NCBI GenBank assembly: GCA_964016885.1
Contig: OZ024742.1
Span: forward strand, 103,788,001-103,852,000
Direction of reading: 5' to 3'
Source: Eledone cirrhosa
Lineage: Eukaryota
DNA: 64,000 bases
Below the pieces are notes generated by a model that was not told the origin of the DNA, ran no database searches, and saw only the letters and a list, made by a program, of their open reading frames with translations. Made by a program: the position numbers and the translations under genes. Positions 23,392 through 35,541 of this stretch are shown here, piece after piece. Each line of letters starts with the position of its first letter. Within the stretch, counting starts at the first letter, position 1.

Positions 23392-25865
23392 TCCAAGCCT
23401 CTTTCCGTCAGTGATTATATATTATCTTTCAGACATTGCAAGCCTCTTTCTGCCAGTGATTATATATTATCTTTCAGATATTGCAAGCCTCTTTCCGCCA
23501 GTGATTATATATTATCTTTCAGACATTGCAAGCCTCTTTCTGCCAGTGATTATATATTATCTTTCAGACATTGCAAGCCTCTTTCCGCCAGTGATTATAT
23601 ATTATCTTTCAGACATTGCAAGCCTCTTTCCACCCGTGATTATATATTATCTTTCTGACATTGCAAGCCTCTTCTCGCCAGTGATTATATATTATCTTTC
23701 TGACATTGCAAGCCTCTTCCCGCCAGTGATTATATATTATCTTTCAGACATTGCAAGCCTCTTCCCGCCAGTGATTATATATTATCTTTCTGACATTGCA
23801 AGCCTCTTTCCGCCAGTGATTATATATTATCTTTCAGACATTGCAAGCCTCTTTCTGGCAGTGATTATATATTATCTTTCAGACATTGCAAGCCTCTTTC
23901 TGCCAGTGATTATATATTATCTTTCTGACATTGCAAGCCTCTTTCCGCCAGTGATTATATATTATCTTTCAGACATTGCAAGCCTCTTTCTGCCAGTGAT
24001 TATATATTATCTTTCTGACATTGCAAGCCTCTTTCCGCCAGTGATTATATATTATCTTTCAGACATTGCAAGCCTCTTTCTGCCAGTGATTATATATTAT
24101 CTTTCTGACATTGCAAGCCTCTTTCCGCCAGTGATTATATATTATCTTTCAGACATTGCAAGCCTCTTTCTGCCAGTGATTATATATTATCTTTCAGACA
24201 TTGCAAGCCTCTTTCTGGCAGTGATTATATATTATCTTTCAGACATTGCAAGCCTCTTTCTGCCAGTGATTATATATTATCTTTCTGACATTGCAAGCCT
24301 CTTTCCGCCAGTGATTATATATTATCTTTCAGACATTGCAAGCCTCTTTCTGCCAGTGATTATATATTATCTTTCTGACATTGCAAGCCTCTTTCCGCCA
24401 GTGATTATATATTATCTTTCAGACATTGCAAGCCTCTTTCTGCCAGTGATTATATATTATCTTTCTGACATTGCAAGCCACTTTCCGCCAGTGATTATAT
24501 ATTATCTTTCAGACATTGCAAGCCTCTTTCTGCCAGTGATTATATATTATCTTTCAGACATTGCAAGCCTCTTTCTGCCAGTGATTATATATTATCTTTC
24601 AGACATTGCAAGCCTCTTTCTGCCAGTGATTATATATTATCTTTCTGACATTGCAAGCCTCTTTCCGCCAGTGATTATATATTATCTTTCAGACATTGCA
24701 AGCCTCTTTCTGCCAGTGATTATATATTATCTTTCTGACATTGCAAGCCTCTTTCCGCCAGTGATTATATATTATCTTTCAGACATTGCAAGCCTCTTTC
24801 TGCCAGTGATTATATATTATCTTTCTGACATTGCAAGCCTCTTTCCGCCAGTGATTATATATTATCTTTCAGACATTGCAAGCCTCTTTCTGCCAGTGAT
24901 TATATATTATCTTTCAGACATTGCAAGCCTCTTTCTGCCAGTGATTATATATTATCTTTCAGACATTGCAAGCCTCTTTCTGCCAGTGATTATATATTAT
25001 CTTTCAGACATTGCAAGCCTCTTCCCGCCAGTGATTATATATTATCTTTCAGACATTGCAAGCCTCTTTCTGCCAGTGATTATATATTATCTTTCTGACA
25101 TTGCAAGCCTCTTTCCGCCAGTGATTATATATTATCTTTCAGACATTGCAAGCCTCTTTCTGCCAGTGATTATATATTATCTTTCTGACATTGCAAGCCT
25201 CTTTCTGCCAGTGATTATATATTATCTTTCTGACATTGCAAGCCTCTTTCTGCCAGTGATTATATATTATCTTTCTGACATTGCAAGCCTCTTTCCGCCA
25301 GTGATTATATATTATCTTTCAGACATTGCAAGCCTCTTTCTGCCAGTGATTATATATTATCTTTCTGACATTGCAAGCCTCTTTCTGCCAGTGATTATAT
25401 ATTATCTTTCTGACATTGCAAGCCTCTTTCTGCCAGTGATTATATATTATCTTTCAGACATTGCAAGCCTCTTCCCGCCAGTGATTATATATTATCTTTC
25501 TGACATTGCAAGCCTCTTTCTGGCAGTGATTATATATTATATTTCAGACATTGCAAGCCTCTTTCTGCCAGTGATTATATATTATCTTTCTGACATTGCA
25601 AGCCTCTTTCTGCCAGTGATTATATATTATCTTTCTGACATTGCAAGCCTCTTTCTGCCAGTGATTATATATTATCTTTCAGACATTGCAAGCCTCTTTC
25701 TGCCAGTGATTATATATTATCTTTCTGACATTGCAAGCCTCTTTCTGGCAGTGATTATATATTATATTTCAGACATTGCAAGCCTCTTTCTGCCAGTGAT
25801 TATATATTATCTTTCAGACATTGCAAGCCTCTTCCCGCCAGTGATTATATATTATCTTTCAGACA
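23392..25865. repeat. 45-bp minisatellite, about 55 near-identical copies
   Basis: Unit GCAAGCCTCTTTC(C/T)GCCAGTGATTATATATTATCTTTC(A/T)GACATT with no spacers. Confidence 0.98.
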
Positions 25866-26911
25866 CTAAGATTTAGGTGTTGCTCTAACAAAGTATTTAT
25901 AATTTAGTTCCTCACACATTTACATCAAATATAAATATATATCATATTAATTTATTTTCACTATAATCAATATTGGATAGAATATGTATATTACTTTTTA
26001 TTCAATGTTGTTATGTTATGTTCATTTTGTGTGGGATGAATAAAAAATGGGATTTTTATTTATACAGTTCTTGTTATTGATAAACCTTGCTTTGGTTGTC
26101 TTAATTCTTTACACACACTTTATCTTTATATAATTAATCATCATCATCATTTTACGTCCGCTTTTCCCTGCTTGCAAGGGTGGGACGGGAACTGATTCTG
26201 GTTGTATTTCTACAGCTGGATGCCCTTTCTAACACCAACCTCATTTACAGTGAGTGCTGGGTGCTTTTTTTTGCCGTGACACCTCCACAACCACTTTGCA
26301 GTGGAATGATAGGGACCCCAGTCCCTATCATCTCATTTCTACAGTTGAGTAACTGAAGCAATGTGAAATAAAGTGTCTTGCTCAAGGAAACAACACATCA
26401 CCCGGTCTGAGAATTGAACTCACAACCTTTCGATTGTAAGGCCAATGCTCTAACCACTAAGCCATGTACCTCCATCTTTATATAATTAATGGTGACCATA
26501 TTTTATCAGCTCTACAGAATGGTGCACGTCGTCTTCTCGTCCTCCTCCTTCTTTACCTACTTATTCGAGAGAGTGTTGTGGGAGGAGCACAGTCCTTAGC
26601 TACACCTTCCAGAGGGTTTTATCAGAGGCAACCATCTCCAAATGATCTGGCTGGATCTGCAAATGTGGTCAAGCAAGATTATGGATGTTATCCAACTATG
26701 TTACTGGTGGCCTACCGCTGTGTCTCTTGCCAGTTGGCTTTCCTGTAAAATCTGTCTTGCGTTTCTTTCTTTAGACCACAACAGAATGTTGACATATATT
26801 CGCCACAAAATGGAGACCCTTGCATAAAACATTGCTACATATCCTTTCACATATAATTGATTATGTTCATGTTTATATGAATATCAATTTCAACATGGCG
26901 TAACCTCTTAC

Positions 26912-26992
26912 CTGTTGTAATTCTGTACACATCTTCTTATACCGGCTAACTGCATCTGTATTTGTTCGTATTTCTTCTTCAGCTTCTTGAAG
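26912..26992 (-). CDS. ROCK: ROCK exon (81 nt): LQEAEEEIRTNTDAVSRYKKMCTELQQ
   Basis: ttgcag/gtaaga boundaries; phase 0-0. Confidence 0.9.
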
Positions 26993-27669
26993 CTGCAAGA
27001 CAAAATATAACAATTAATATTGGACACTTCCAATATCATCAGAATCAATTAGATATCATCAATAAGTAATATAACAAAATATTGACCTTAAGTGTGCATA
27101 AACTAGATATCAAACATAAAATAAATTTAATTTGTTTAAATCTAAAATAAATTAGCATTACTCTTGACATTTCACAGATTTTGATATAATAAACAATTGC
27201 TACAATATATCTCTCATTTCAGTCAATCTTATGATTGAACCAAGGAAACAAGCTCAAACCAGGTATCTTGCTCCACCATCACTGTTTGTATTTCTAATAC
27301 ACTTTAAAATAGGCAGTTTTGTATTATAAAACCAGGATGGTTCCAACTAAATTGGTATCATTATCATCACCATTTGACATCCATTTTTCCATGCTAATAT
27401 GGGTTAGGCAAGTTGTCTTATTGAGACAAACCAGATCAGCTGACCATGTCTTGCTCATACAGGCCTGATTTGGGATTGGTTTCTATGGCTGGATGCCCTT
27501 CCTAATGCCAACCACATTTACAGTGTGTACTGGGTGCTTTTTATCATGACATCTACATGACCACTTTACTATGTAGACTGGGCGCTTTTTGTCGTGACTC
27601 CTACATGACCACTTTACAGTGTGGAATGGAGACTTAAAACAATTAGACTGCAACTGGCAAGTATGTTAC

Positions 27670-27953
27670 CTTGAACCCTTAGTTCATCAACTGTGGCAGA
27701 GAAGATGGGAGGGACACAATACCCACCAAAAACTGTTTTTGCTTCTCTGAAACAATGCCACCCATTTTAAAGGGTTCTTATTTAAATTAAAATCTTCCAA
27801 CATAATTTGATACAAGGACTTTTTGTTAAATTGTGTTGCAATTATTATCTTAATAGTGAAATAATTAATAATTTCAAAAATTCCCTCCAAATTCTTCATT
27901 CATTAATTCAAATACAGGGTATTTCATTAGAACTATGGTCATGAAAGGGTTAA
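27670..27953 (+). mobile_element. ~280-bp interspersed element with TTAA-CCCT...AGGG-TTAA-like ends (piggyBac-type MITE). Related copies at ~7040-7258, 13750-13926, 18195-18300, 19040-19225, 39320-39555, 46520-46770, 47570-47775, 57090-57520 and 60690-60905.
   Basis: Shared aaaatcttccaacataatt...aaattcttcattaattaa...gtatttcattagaaata.ggt.atgaaagggttaa. Confidence 0.65.
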
Positions 27954-28143
27954 GTAATGGATATTCTACAAGTGTTGAATTTAACATAAAGATGTTTTTT
28001 TAGGACAAGGATACATCATACCACCTAGCAAGCCATTGTTGTCGAAGTAACTAAAGGAAGGAAATAAAACTCTTTATAAAAAACAATGGATCAAATATCA
28101 AATCAATCACATACTGTCTTTTGATAGAAAAAAATTTACTTAC

Positions 28144-28302
28144 TTTTTGTTGTAACTCTATTATCTTATCACTAGTCTGAGTACTGTTTCCCTGTAAAGT
28201 GAGTCGATTCGCCTGTTCTTGAAGAAATTGTTTTTCTAAACTTTCCAAGTCACTCTCTTGCTTTTTGCGGAGGTCCAATTCAAGTTCATACTTCCGATTT
28301 GC
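28144..28302 (-). CDS. ROCK: ROCK exon (159 nt): ANRKYELELDLRKKQESDLESLEKQFLQEQANRLTLQGNSTQTSDKIIELQQK
   Basis: tttcag/gtaagt boundaries; phase 0-0. Confidence 0.92.
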
Positions 28303-28345
28303 CTGAAAATGATTTCAAGAAAATAGCAATAATTACATTTTCACA

Positions 28346-29450
28346 TACAAGGTTTGTCGCAAAAATAAGAGTATATTAAATATACATGAAATTATAAGTT
28401 ATCTTCTTTAAAATACAAACTTTAGGAAGTCACACAGTGGTTCCAATGTTTTTTTCCATTGATCGTAGCAGTACCCAAAGTCATCTTTTTTTTAGTGTCC
28501 CTAGCTCGTCAGTTACAATTTTTTGTACATTTTCCACAGTCCCAAAATTATGACCCTTCAACTTTGATTTCAACTAAGGGAAGAGGTAGAAATCTGGGCT
28601 GTAGAGAAAATGTGGAAGAGTGGGAATGCTTTTCTTTATCAGAAATTCTCTAATTGAAAGTACTGTGTGAGCAGGTGTGTTATCATGGTGCAGTAACCAA
28701 TCCCTTGCAACGTCCTTTCGGACTCGCTTGATCCATTTTCGAAGTCATTCCACGACATCTTTGTAGAAGGCGCAATTAGCTGGAGGTAAACATTTTTTGT
28801 GAACAATACCACAGCCGTTCGAAAAAATTATAATCATCGTTTTTACCCTGGATATGCTCATGTGCTTTCTTCAGACGAGGAGATTTTACATGTGCTACTT
28901 CTGACTTTGCCATTTTGTTCCTGGATCATAGTCGAACACCCATGATTCATCTCCTGTTATTACTTTATCCAAGAAATTTGGCTCAATTTTGAGTATTTCT
29001 AGAAAATCCTGACAAATTTCCAACCAGTTCACATTTTGTTCCACAAACAAGTGTTTGGGCACTAGTTCTGCACATATTTTTTGCAAGTGCAAATGGTCTG
29101 TTAAAATTCTGAAAAACCAGTTTCTTTTGCAATCATCCTAACATTTAATCAGCGATCTTTCACCTTCATTGCTCACACCACTTCTTCATGTTGTTCATTT
29201 GTTGACTCAATTGGCCTTCAAGAACAAAGTTCATCTTCAACATTTTCTTGGGCCTCTTTGAAAGTTTTGTGTCACTTAAAAATCTTAACTCTCGATAGAG
29301 TGGCATCTCCATAAGTTTATGTTAAAGAATTAAATGTTTCGGTGATGGCTTTGTTGCATTTCATACAAAACTTTTGGAAAACCTGCCTTTTGTAACAATT
29401 CCGACTAAAATCAAAAGTGGTCTTTCGACTTGGTTTCATGAAAACTTAAC
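28346..29450 (-). mobile_element. Decayed mariner transposon
   Basis: KICAELVPKHL and FLDKVITGDESWVFDYDP mariner motifs; many frameshifts; ends uncertain. Confidence 0.85.
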
Positions 29451-30237
29451 ACTACATAACAAGGATTAGCCTTGCAGGCCCCATGAAAAGCTTCATGCTC
29501 ATCATGGGTTCTTTTTTAAGGTAATGTTTTACAACCAGACGTCCTTCCTGCCACCAACCCTTTTAGTTACCGCTTACAGCATGCTGGGATCCAGTATAGC
29601 TATTTTAAACAGGATACACACAATGGAATTTGGATATACATATATATTTTGACAGAATTTACTGTTAAAACTTTTCTAAGTACATATTTTTTTCTGAGAT
29701 GAATTTATAGTAATGTTGGGGTAAATTCATGAATAAAAATTTCCTTAACTGCCCAAGGCCATGAACTGCAGAGAATTTTCTATGACATTTCATGAATAAT
29801 TAAAAATCTTGAGTTTAACTCTGCCACTAATACTTTCATGTATATTAAAGCAAAAATAAACTTGGGGGGGGCTTTATGATTGAATGGATATCAGAATAAA
29901 AAGCAATTTATCCTTATAAGTATGGATGCATAACTCCTGAAGGAGTAATAAAGACGCTGTAGTGACATACACCATTTCTTGGGTATTTTAAAACTGGCAA
30001 TGCCTGTACTGGACTGGTATTTCTTTTATCAACCTTGAAAGGATAAAAGGCAAAGTTGACTATGGCAGAATTTGAACTCAGAATGCAGAGAGCCTGAACA
30101 AATATTGCTAAGCATTCTATCCAATGTTCTAGTATCAATTTGCCACCTACTAACTGTCTCTCAGAGCTGAAAATACATGTACACACTCATATACACAGTA
30201 GTTGAAAAGAATGAAAATTGTAAGTAGAAAAGCTTAC

Positions 30238-30346
30238 CTCCTTTAAATCATTCTTTATCAAACCTATGTTGCGTTCCAATGTACGTGATTCTCTTCGTAA
30301 TGTAGCTTCCTCTGCAGATAACCGATCAAGCTCTTTCATTGATAAC
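30238..30346 (-). CDS. ROCK: ROCK exon (109 nt): LSMKELDRLSAEEATLRRESRTLERNIGLIKNDLKE
   Basis: tttaag/gtaagc boundaries; phase consistent; coiled-coil composition. Confidence 0.9.
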
Positions 30347-30679
30347 CTTAAAGATATTAAATATATATATATATATATATATACATAAATTATCATCATT
30401 GCAAATAGATTTTCTAACCCTCCTGCCATCCATCACAACTCAACCTTCACTACCAATCTGTTCCCCACTTCATACTCACATTTATACTCTATTCTCTCTT
30501 CATTTAACCTCTTGCTCATTACTGCCCTTCAAACACATTCTTGAACACATTTTTCTTGAAAGAATGGAGATGATGTAGAGTGGAGGAAAGTCTTTTATAA
30601 TGCAGGGAGCATGGTGGCAATCCCTCTAGTAGTGGTGTCATGATAAAATATACCCAATACACTCTGTAAAGTGGTTACA

Positions 30680-31525
30680 GAGAGTCTTTAGAAATAAAAG
30701 GCCTGAGAGTAAACTTTGCTAAAATTAAAGTGCAATATGTAGAAAGGGAGTAGGCATAAACTCCATACAATATACATAATGTAAATCTTGGGTACACAAA
30801 CGATGTAGTGGCATAACAACTAGGCTAACAGGAAGGGAAGACTTTGTTTGTAGAAGATGCACAGGGCTAACTAAGGGGAAGATAACGAGTGATGTAAACC
30901 TATTCCAGTCACAGGAAAGACCCATAGAAATGGTTGATAGCTTCTGCTATCTAGGCAACATAATTAGCAATGAAGGATTGTGCTCCGAGAGCTTAATAGC
31001 TAGAATAAGGATAGGACGGAAAAAGTTCAGAGCTACTCCCACTGTTACCACAAAAGATTTCTCCCTATATCCAAAAGACGACTGTATGACGCCAGTGTGC
31101 AAAGTGTGATGCTGCATGGTCATTAAAAATGGGCTGTGACTGCAGAGGATGTGCATAGACTTAAGAGAAATGAAGCAACCATGCTCCATTGGATGTGCGA
31201 AAAAGACAGAGCTTGGACGAGTTGAAGGAGACGCTGAATTCAAGAAGAATCCGAGGTGGTGTGCAGGAGAGAAGACTGCGTTGGTTTGACATGTGATGTG
31301 CATAGACAATGATCATTGGGTGAAGAAGTGCAAGGAAATGCGAGTGGAAAGGAGTAGAGGTAGACCAAGAAAGATCTGGGCAGAGGTTGTGGGAGCTAAC
31401 CCAACACCACTGAGACTCACGGAGGCGATGACAAAGGATTGCAACATGTAGAAATATGCTGTGCTGAGAACCCGTCTAACAAATGCAAATGTGGAAAAGC
31501 AAATGAAAAAAATGACGATGATTAT
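30680..31525 (+). mobile_element. Old, diverged RTE LINE 3' fragment of the PHD-bearing type
   Basis: Degenerate ICRKGVGINSI..CKSWVHKRCSGI, VDSFCYLG, GRPRKIW; gatgat tail. Confidence 0.8.
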
Positions 31526-31599
31526 TGTAATGAAACAAGCATAATAAAGAAACATTACTATATCAATGATTCCCTAATTTGACAAACTGAGGAACTTAC

Positions 31600-31688
31600 G
31601 TATATTTCTTTTCAATCTCATCTCTCACCATACGGTCAGAACGCATCTGTTCTTCGAGAACTTTTATTCGAGAATTAGTTTCTTTGTT
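31600..31688 (-). CDS. ROCK: ROCK exon (89 nt): NKETNSRIKVLEEQMRSDRMVRDEIEKKY, start of coiled coil
   Basis: taacag/gtaagt boundaries; open frame. Confidence 0.88.
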
Positions 31689-31852
31689 CTGTTAAATAAA
31701 AGACAAAAACAAACTATAATTAAAGCTAACATCTTTTTTTTTTCTACATAAAATTAAATCAAATGATTTGTTAAAAAGTATTGAATTATTTGGGGGTTTA
31801 CAGAAACCAGCTCACAATAAACAGAAAAAAAGGCTTATTCCTTTGAGGTACC

Positions 31853-32105
31853 TACTGTGGTAACTCTATGGATGTCAACTGTGGTAACTCGATGGATGTT
31901 AACTGCGGTAACTCGGCAGATACCAACTACAGTAACTTTACAGATGTTAACAGCAGTAACTCGACAGGTGTCAACTGCAGTAACTTGGCAGATGTCAACT
32001 GCAGTAACTCTAAAGATGTTGGCTGTAATAACACTACAGATGTCAATTGTAATAACACTACAGATGTCAACTGTAATAACACTACAGATGCCCACTGTAG
32101 TTACT
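31853..32105. repeat. 24-bp minisatellite, about 10 copies
   Basis: Unit actg(t/c)(g/a)gtaactc.acagatgtca. Confidence 0.9.
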
Positions 32106-32687
32106 ATAAATAACCCATTAGAAATGCATGCCAGCACCCCTAAAATCATTAACTTACATCACTATCCAAACACCACTTACAAACTATATGATCACAAATG
32201 AATTTCAAAAGATACATTTAGCTGTGTACTAGTAATATTACAAACTACAAAATATTTCACTTTTGAATCAACCAGCATATTCATAGTTCTTATTCTATGA
32301 TATGATGACAAATTGAATTTCAAATTAGATATACACTGATGAATATTTATTGAAGTTAAACCAATAAAAGTTGTCATTTTACAGCAAAATTGATCATTTC
32401 TAATTTAAGTACAAGGCCAATAATTTGGGGAAAGGGAAAGTCGATTACATCAACCCCAGTACATGACTGGGACTTTATTTTATCGACACTGAAAGAATGA
32501 AAGGTTAAATCGACTGAGGCGGAATTTGAACTCAGAACGTAAAGAGCTGTCACAAATACTGCTAAGCATTACATCTGACGCTCTACCAATTCTATCAATC
32601 CATCACCAGCAAAATTTATAATGAAACCCAATTTGAAGACAAACATTGATGTTAACAGGCTATAAGAGAAAAAAAAAAGATATTTAC

Positions 32688-32715
32688 CTCAGAAACAAGA
32701 GTTAAATTGTCATGA
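32688..32715 (-). CDS. ROCK: ROCK micro-exon (28 nt): HDNLTLVSE
   Basis: Long poly-T tract ending acag, GAG/gtaaat donor; bridges phase 2 to phase 0 between the flanking exons. Confidence 0.8.
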
Positions 32716-34709
32716 CTGTAAAAAAAAAAAAATAATATATATATATATATATATTGAAACATTTTGGCCAACAATTTTATCAAAATCCAAATTTCATATT
32801 ATAATATAAATTTAAGCCAGTGATGTATTATATGTAGTGAAACTGCTTAACATGAGCATAGTTTTTTTTTATGTGTTTAACTGACAGTGTACTGTGTTTG
32901 TAAACAATTTAAAAATTGGGGAATTGATAAAAATATGGTTTAAGTGTATTAATACTACTCTGTGATTGTATAACCCCAATTTACACTTCACATAATATTC
33001 CTAATATTGAAAAATGAAATAAAATGAAATTCTTTATAAATGAAATTTACTGGTTTAGCTGGCCTACAAACTGGCATGTCATAGGTTTTAGGTTTTTTTT
33101 TAGGAGGTAGAGGTGCATTAATGATAGGCTCCCCAGTCCTATCATGAAAAGCCACATGAAATGGAGTGTCTTGCTCGAGGACACAATGCACTACCTTGTC
33201 CGGGAATCAAACCCATGACCTTATGATTGTAAACTCAACACCCTAATCACCCATGTTCCTTCACATTTCTGCTATATGATTTAGCCTCTCAAATCACACC
33301 TTACCATCATGATCAGTATATATATATGAGTAGGGCATAATGCTAAAAAAAAAATGACTGGACACTAAATATAAGTTTGTGACTTCAATATGTCTCACTA
33401 CATATACTCTGTATAGTCCAACAAATGATTGTGACTTGAGAGAGTCTACAAGCTAAAAAGGGAACCACTACATGGCCCATTGCCCTGGAAGAAATAGCAG
33501 CCAAATTTCAGGCACAATGTAGTCATAGATATAAAAAAAAAACAGGATGGTTAAAGCTGTTGATCATAGGTCTGCACAACTGAGATTGACCTGGGGCTGC
33601 ATTCTAAATTAAATGAAACATCCCAATTGTATCATATTCCTAAACTGACAGAAAACACGTTAATATCCCCCAAAACCATCATATAACGATTTTTACATAG
33701 AGTAGCAATTTGTGATAGAAACCAGTTAAAATTCTTTTGTTTAATTCTTTCTTCTTGTTAATCTCATATTTCACACATTTGAATGTGTTGGATAGCTGTA
33801 AAATATGAATATCTGTATATGAATTGGTTGAGCAATTTGTGCTGTAGCTTAACTTTTTTGATACCAACTCGCCTGAAACAAGCCTGGTTTGATTTTATGA
33901 TATACAATTGCTCATTTTAAAATGTTCATACTTATATTAAAACCTTCCAGGATAATTTCATTTAAGGAGACAGTAGAGGCACAAGAAGACCAAAGAGGAT
34001 ATAGGCTTGGCCTGGCCCAAGTGAGACCAGCAGACAGAAACACATGGAGAGGGATGCTAAGGAGTGCTGTCAAGCAGGACCCAGCCCTACTTAGGGATTA
34101 ATTGTGTCTTGCATAATCAAAAACTGGATGATGATGATGATGATGATGAAATCTTTAATGTTTCCAAACTCAGCTTACTAATGTTCAAAATTAATTGGAA
34201 CACATCAGCAGTGCATTTCATTAGGATTATGTTAATAAAAGAGTTAATATTGTTAGCATTCACTAAATAACTAAAAGAAAAAAAAATTATAACTGGATTG
34301 TTTTGAGCAATACACTGTGTAGCAAGTCATAACCCTCTAATTAGTAGTCCATCACCCTAAGTTGGTCCCAAACCCAAAGGCTTATTAGGCTGGTGCTTAT
34401 TCCGGTTTCATCGACGTTTAGCAAATTAGAGTACAATTTTTCACGCAGGAGAGGACTCTAGTCCATTGCAAGATTAACCTCCAGCTACTGCCAGTACTCA
34501 TTTTCAGCTGAGTATACTGGAGTAATGTGAAATGAAGTGTTTTGCTCAAGAACACAATGCACTGCCTGGTCCAGGAATTGAACCCACAACATTATGATCA
34601 TAAGTCCAACACCTTAACCACTGGGCCATGCAACTTCACAGCAAATAAACATTTATATCAACCAATTCTCGTGAAAGGAAAAAATATATATATAATTATT
34701 TTCTTCTTA

Positions 34710-34907
<198 letters not shown>

Positions 34908-34987
34908 CTAATTTCTAAACTCATTTAGCAGCTATTTCTATCTATTTCTAAGCCCATGTTGAACATTTAAAACACTGTTACAATAAT

Positions 34988-35278
34988 TACCATATTCTTC
35001 CATGTATACTGCACAGTTATTTTCACTATTTTTCCTTGTTTGTTTTAGGGGTGTGCTTTACTTTGAATCGTAATTCTGTTAATATGGCAATTCCCAGCTG
35101 TCTAACTTGTGTTGTCCAACAAGTTCAAGGAATTTAGTTGACTTCCCATGTTCTGCTTTCTTTTGTTTGGGTAACTTCTGCATGATACACCAAACCTCGG
35201 CTTTTCCAGACATTTTTGGGGGTCAAAAAAGGGTGTGTGTTGTACATGAATGTGTGTTATACAGGGAAGAATACAGTA
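34988..35278. mobile_element. Tc1/pogo-type MITE with TA termini
   Basis: TIRs taccatattcttccatgtata / tatacagggaagaatacagta. Confidence 0.72.
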
Positions 35279-35286
35279 TTTACCTA

Positions 35287-35541
<255 letters not shown>

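Noticed and set aside
23392-25865. Satellite-encoded hammerhead (minus strand has CTGAAAGA...GAAA)
   Set aside because: The core does not match CUGANGA and the required stems cannot be formed.
23372-25876. 834-aa ORF as a real protein, or the array as CRISPR
   Set aside because: A 45-nt unit (multiple of 3) without a stop in one frame yields this ORF automatically. It is antisense within an intron, has no unique spacers, and there are no cas genes in this eukaryotic context.
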